Virus record (IMG/VR): IMGVR_UViG_3300045996_002189
Location: 1 to 56,344 of that record
DNA: 56,344 nt
DNA from: a virus
Lineage: Duplodnaviria > Caudoviricetes
Reading direction: 5' to 3' (one strand)
Part shown: positions 54,314 through 56,344 of the stretch, piece by piece
Layout of the letters: each line of letters begins with the position of its first letter
Position numbering within the stretch: position 1 is the first letter of the stretch
Notes under the pieces: generated by a model
The model's database searches: none
The model's input: the letters and a program-made list of their open reading frames with translations, nothing else
What the model was told of the DNA's origin: nothing
Position numbers and translations under genes: made by a program

Positions 54314-56344
54314 CTAGACCTCGTTTCCGACGAGGGTCACCTGAACGCCCTTGGCCCCGCTGCCTGCCGCATCGATGTCGAAGTCAAGGACCGTGCCCTG
54401 ACTGACCGTTCCTGTACTGGCCGTGGTGAAGCTGGTGGTACTGGCCGTCTGCGTGTTGGCGGCAACCGTTATCGGCGTATTCAGGATCGAGACCCCGGCG
54501 GCATTGACATCGACCGTCGTCGCCGTTGTTCCTGCCGTTGGAAGGAAGACGCGAATGGCAGTCAATTTCAGGGAGATCGGCATGCTGATGCGGCGGGCGC
54601 TGGCCCCGGTCGTCACCGCCACGCTCTCGGCGACCAGCGGCACCATCATGGTCCTGGTCAACTTGACGACCGAAGCATTGCCGGACGCGTCGAATCCCAG
54701 AACCTGCCCGAGCGTTCCGGTGATCTCGTTGGCGGCGGCGAAGGAGTTGAATGCTTCTTTTGTCCGCGCCGGGTTCATCACGGTGGTCGTCGATGTGCCG
54801 GTGGTCGCGTCGGACGTCGTGGCGTAGGGGATGGTTGCTTCACCCCCGCCGCCCGTGGACAGCGAGCCGGGAACCATCACGAAATTCGAGCCGTCGAAGA
54901 CAAAGATCGCCGATTGGTTCGATGACAGCCCAATGATGCTGGAGCCGGTGTGGTTGGCGACAGTCAGCAGCGGCGTGCCAGTGGAGGCTGCGCTCCGCGT
55001 GATCCGGATCGTGGCGCCGCGCACCGTGCGGGGTGCCGACAGGGACGAACTGACATAGGGCTTGTCGATATTGCGCGACAACGTCAGTGTTCGCTCCGCC
55101 GTCAGCACTGCGGTGCATTGGATGTGCCGGCCATGGACGGCGGGATAGACCGTGAAACTCTCGTCACCGGACGTGTGGAGACTGCCGGTGACTTCACCCA
55201 GAACGCTGTTATAGGACAGCAGCGGTCCCGTCAGGCTGTCGCTTGTCGGATCGACCGTGGCGACACACAGTTCGTCCAACCGGTGCGGCGATGCCGGATT
55301 GGTATCCAGGCGGACCTGCTGGAAGGTGCCGCTGACATTCTTCGCCGCCGCTGCCGATGTATGGCCGAGCAGGCAGAACCGGGGGGAGCCGTTCTTCGTG
55401 GTCCCGGTCAATGTCATGTTGGCGACCAGAAAGGCGCATCCGTCCTCGCCCGCGAAGAGGCTGGCCTCGGTCAGCGTCTGGCCCGTGGCGTCCAGGGTGG
55501 TTGCCCCAACATGGATGCCGGTCAACTGAAGCATCGAACCGGTCGTGCCCTGGATGAGGCTGGCATACCCGCCCGCAGCGCGCGGATTGATCGACAGCAG
55601 GACACCGCCAGTCACCGTCGCGGCACGGACGCCGACGAACGACAGTGGCTTCAAGGCAGTCAGGTACTCGCAAACGAGATTGAGAAAGGTGATCTGATCG
55701 ACGGTCGAGACGAAAGCCCCGCCCGTGACGGTCTGTGCCGAGGTTCCGCCGCTGATTCGCAAATTGATGAAGTTGTTGCCATTGCCGACCTTGTAGACCA
55801 GCCCCCAGGACTGGCCTGTCGCCATGTTGATTCGGCAATTCGTGAAGGTATTGCTGAAAGACCCCGTTCCGCCGGACAGTCCGACATGGACCCAGGCATT
55901 GCGGGTATCGATGTCGGAGAAGCGGCAGTTGACGGCCCCGCCAAGGCGAAGCGCGGCGACATAGGTGTCCGCTGCGATAGGGTCGCTGCCGGTGGTCTGG
56001 TTGGTCTGGTACGCCAACATGAAGCCGGTCATGGTGATCTGTGAGACCGTCGTCATGGAGACGACCGAAACACCGCTCTGGAACTGACGGATGGTGCACC
56101 AGTCCCCGGCGATGCTCAGATTGCTGACCGAGGTCAGCAGCAACGGGCCGTAGATTTCCCACGTGCCGCCGCCCATGTCGATCTTGCCCTTGACGTTGGC
56201 TGCCTGCGTCCAGCACGTGTTGATCGCCGTGGTGTTTGATTCGCGCTGCTGCTGAGTAAGTCCCGTGCCCCGAATGGCCCCATAGTCCTCGGGCTTGAAG
56301 TCGTCGTTGGCTCCACCAGAGTCGGCGGCGGAAATCGTGCCGTC
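54314..56344 (-). CDS. Beta-helix spike/fibre protein, 5'-truncated by window edge
   Basis: Frame is open to the window end (FKPEDYGAIRG...NTTAINTCW..AA...IDMGGGTWEI, pectate_lyase_3-like); C-terminal fibre domain MP....LTAIRV.L.TAG...TVDVN..G.SI...FDIDAAG.GAKG. Confidence 0.8.
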   Translation of the reverse strand, partial: DGTISAADSGGANDDFKPEDYGAIRGTGLTQQQRESNTTAINTCWTQAANVKGKIDMGGGTWEIYGPLLLTSVSNLSIAGDWCTIRQFQSGVSVVSMTTVSQITMTGFMLAYQTNQTTGSDPIAADTYVAALRLGGAVNCRFSDIDTRNAWVHVGLSGGTGSFSNTFTNCRINMATGQSWGLVYKVGNGNNFINLRISGGTSAQTVTGGAFVSTVDQITFLNLVCEYLTALKPLSFVGVRAATVTGGVLLSINPRAAGGYASLIQGTTGSMLQLTGIHVGATTLDATGQTLTEASLFAGEDGCAFLVANMTLTGTTKNGSPRFCLLGHTSAAAAKNVSGTFQQVRLDTNPASPHRLDELCVATVDPTSDSLTGPLLSYNSVLGEVTGSLHTSGDESFTVYPAVHGRHIQCTAVLTAERTLTLSRNIDKPYVSSSLSAPRTVRGATIRITRSAASTGTPLLTVANHTGSSIIGLSSNQSAIFVFDGSNFVMVPGSLSTGGGGEATIPYATTSDATTGTSTTTVMNPARTKEAFNSFAAANEITGTLGQVLGFDASGNASVVKLTRTMMVPLVAESVAVTTGASARRISMPISLKLTAIRVFLPTAGTTATTVDVNAAGVSILNTPITVAANTQTASTTSFTTASTGTVSQGTVLDFDIDAAGSGAKGVQVTLVGNEV

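Larger units (their letters stand above)
1..56344 (-). mobile_element. Siphovirus/prophage morphogenesis region spanning the whole window
   Basis: Lambda-like order: adaptor, closure, neck, terminator, tube, chaperones, TMP, M, L, K, I, J, fibres; no host housekeeping genes seen. Confidence 0.95.

Overview
The window is a ~56 kb piece of the structural (late) region of a large, GC-rich, lambda-like siphovirus or prophage, probably of an alphaproteobacterial soil or rhizosphere host (host is inference). Almost all genes are on the minus strand. Reading from 56344 down: a ~20 kb block of accessory fibre, spike and enzyme genes (three beta-helix spikes, a rhamnogalacturonan-lyase-like giant, LamG proteins, a 24-aa-repeat fibre, and two tandem beta-propeller phytases with RTX/T1SS-type tails). 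Then head-tail joining genes, tail terminator, tail tube, tail chaperones with a -1 frameshift, tape measure, and lambda-type M-L-K-I-J tail tip genes. Last come a tail fibre, two paralogous Calx-beta/pectate-lyase (PL1) proteins and small membrane genes. Four stand-alone nucleases interrupt the operon: HNH, GIY-YIG and two TnpBs, each TnpB next to a small RHH-like gene and without TnpA. Most notable: (i) the phage-borne phytase pair; (ii) a candidate modular plug-and-socket display system, with four F-x3-[FWM]-x3-F motifs and four proteins sharing an N-terminal module; (iii) putatively autoregulated, leaderless RHH-TnpB cassettes. All family calls come from motif recognition by eye; no searches were run.
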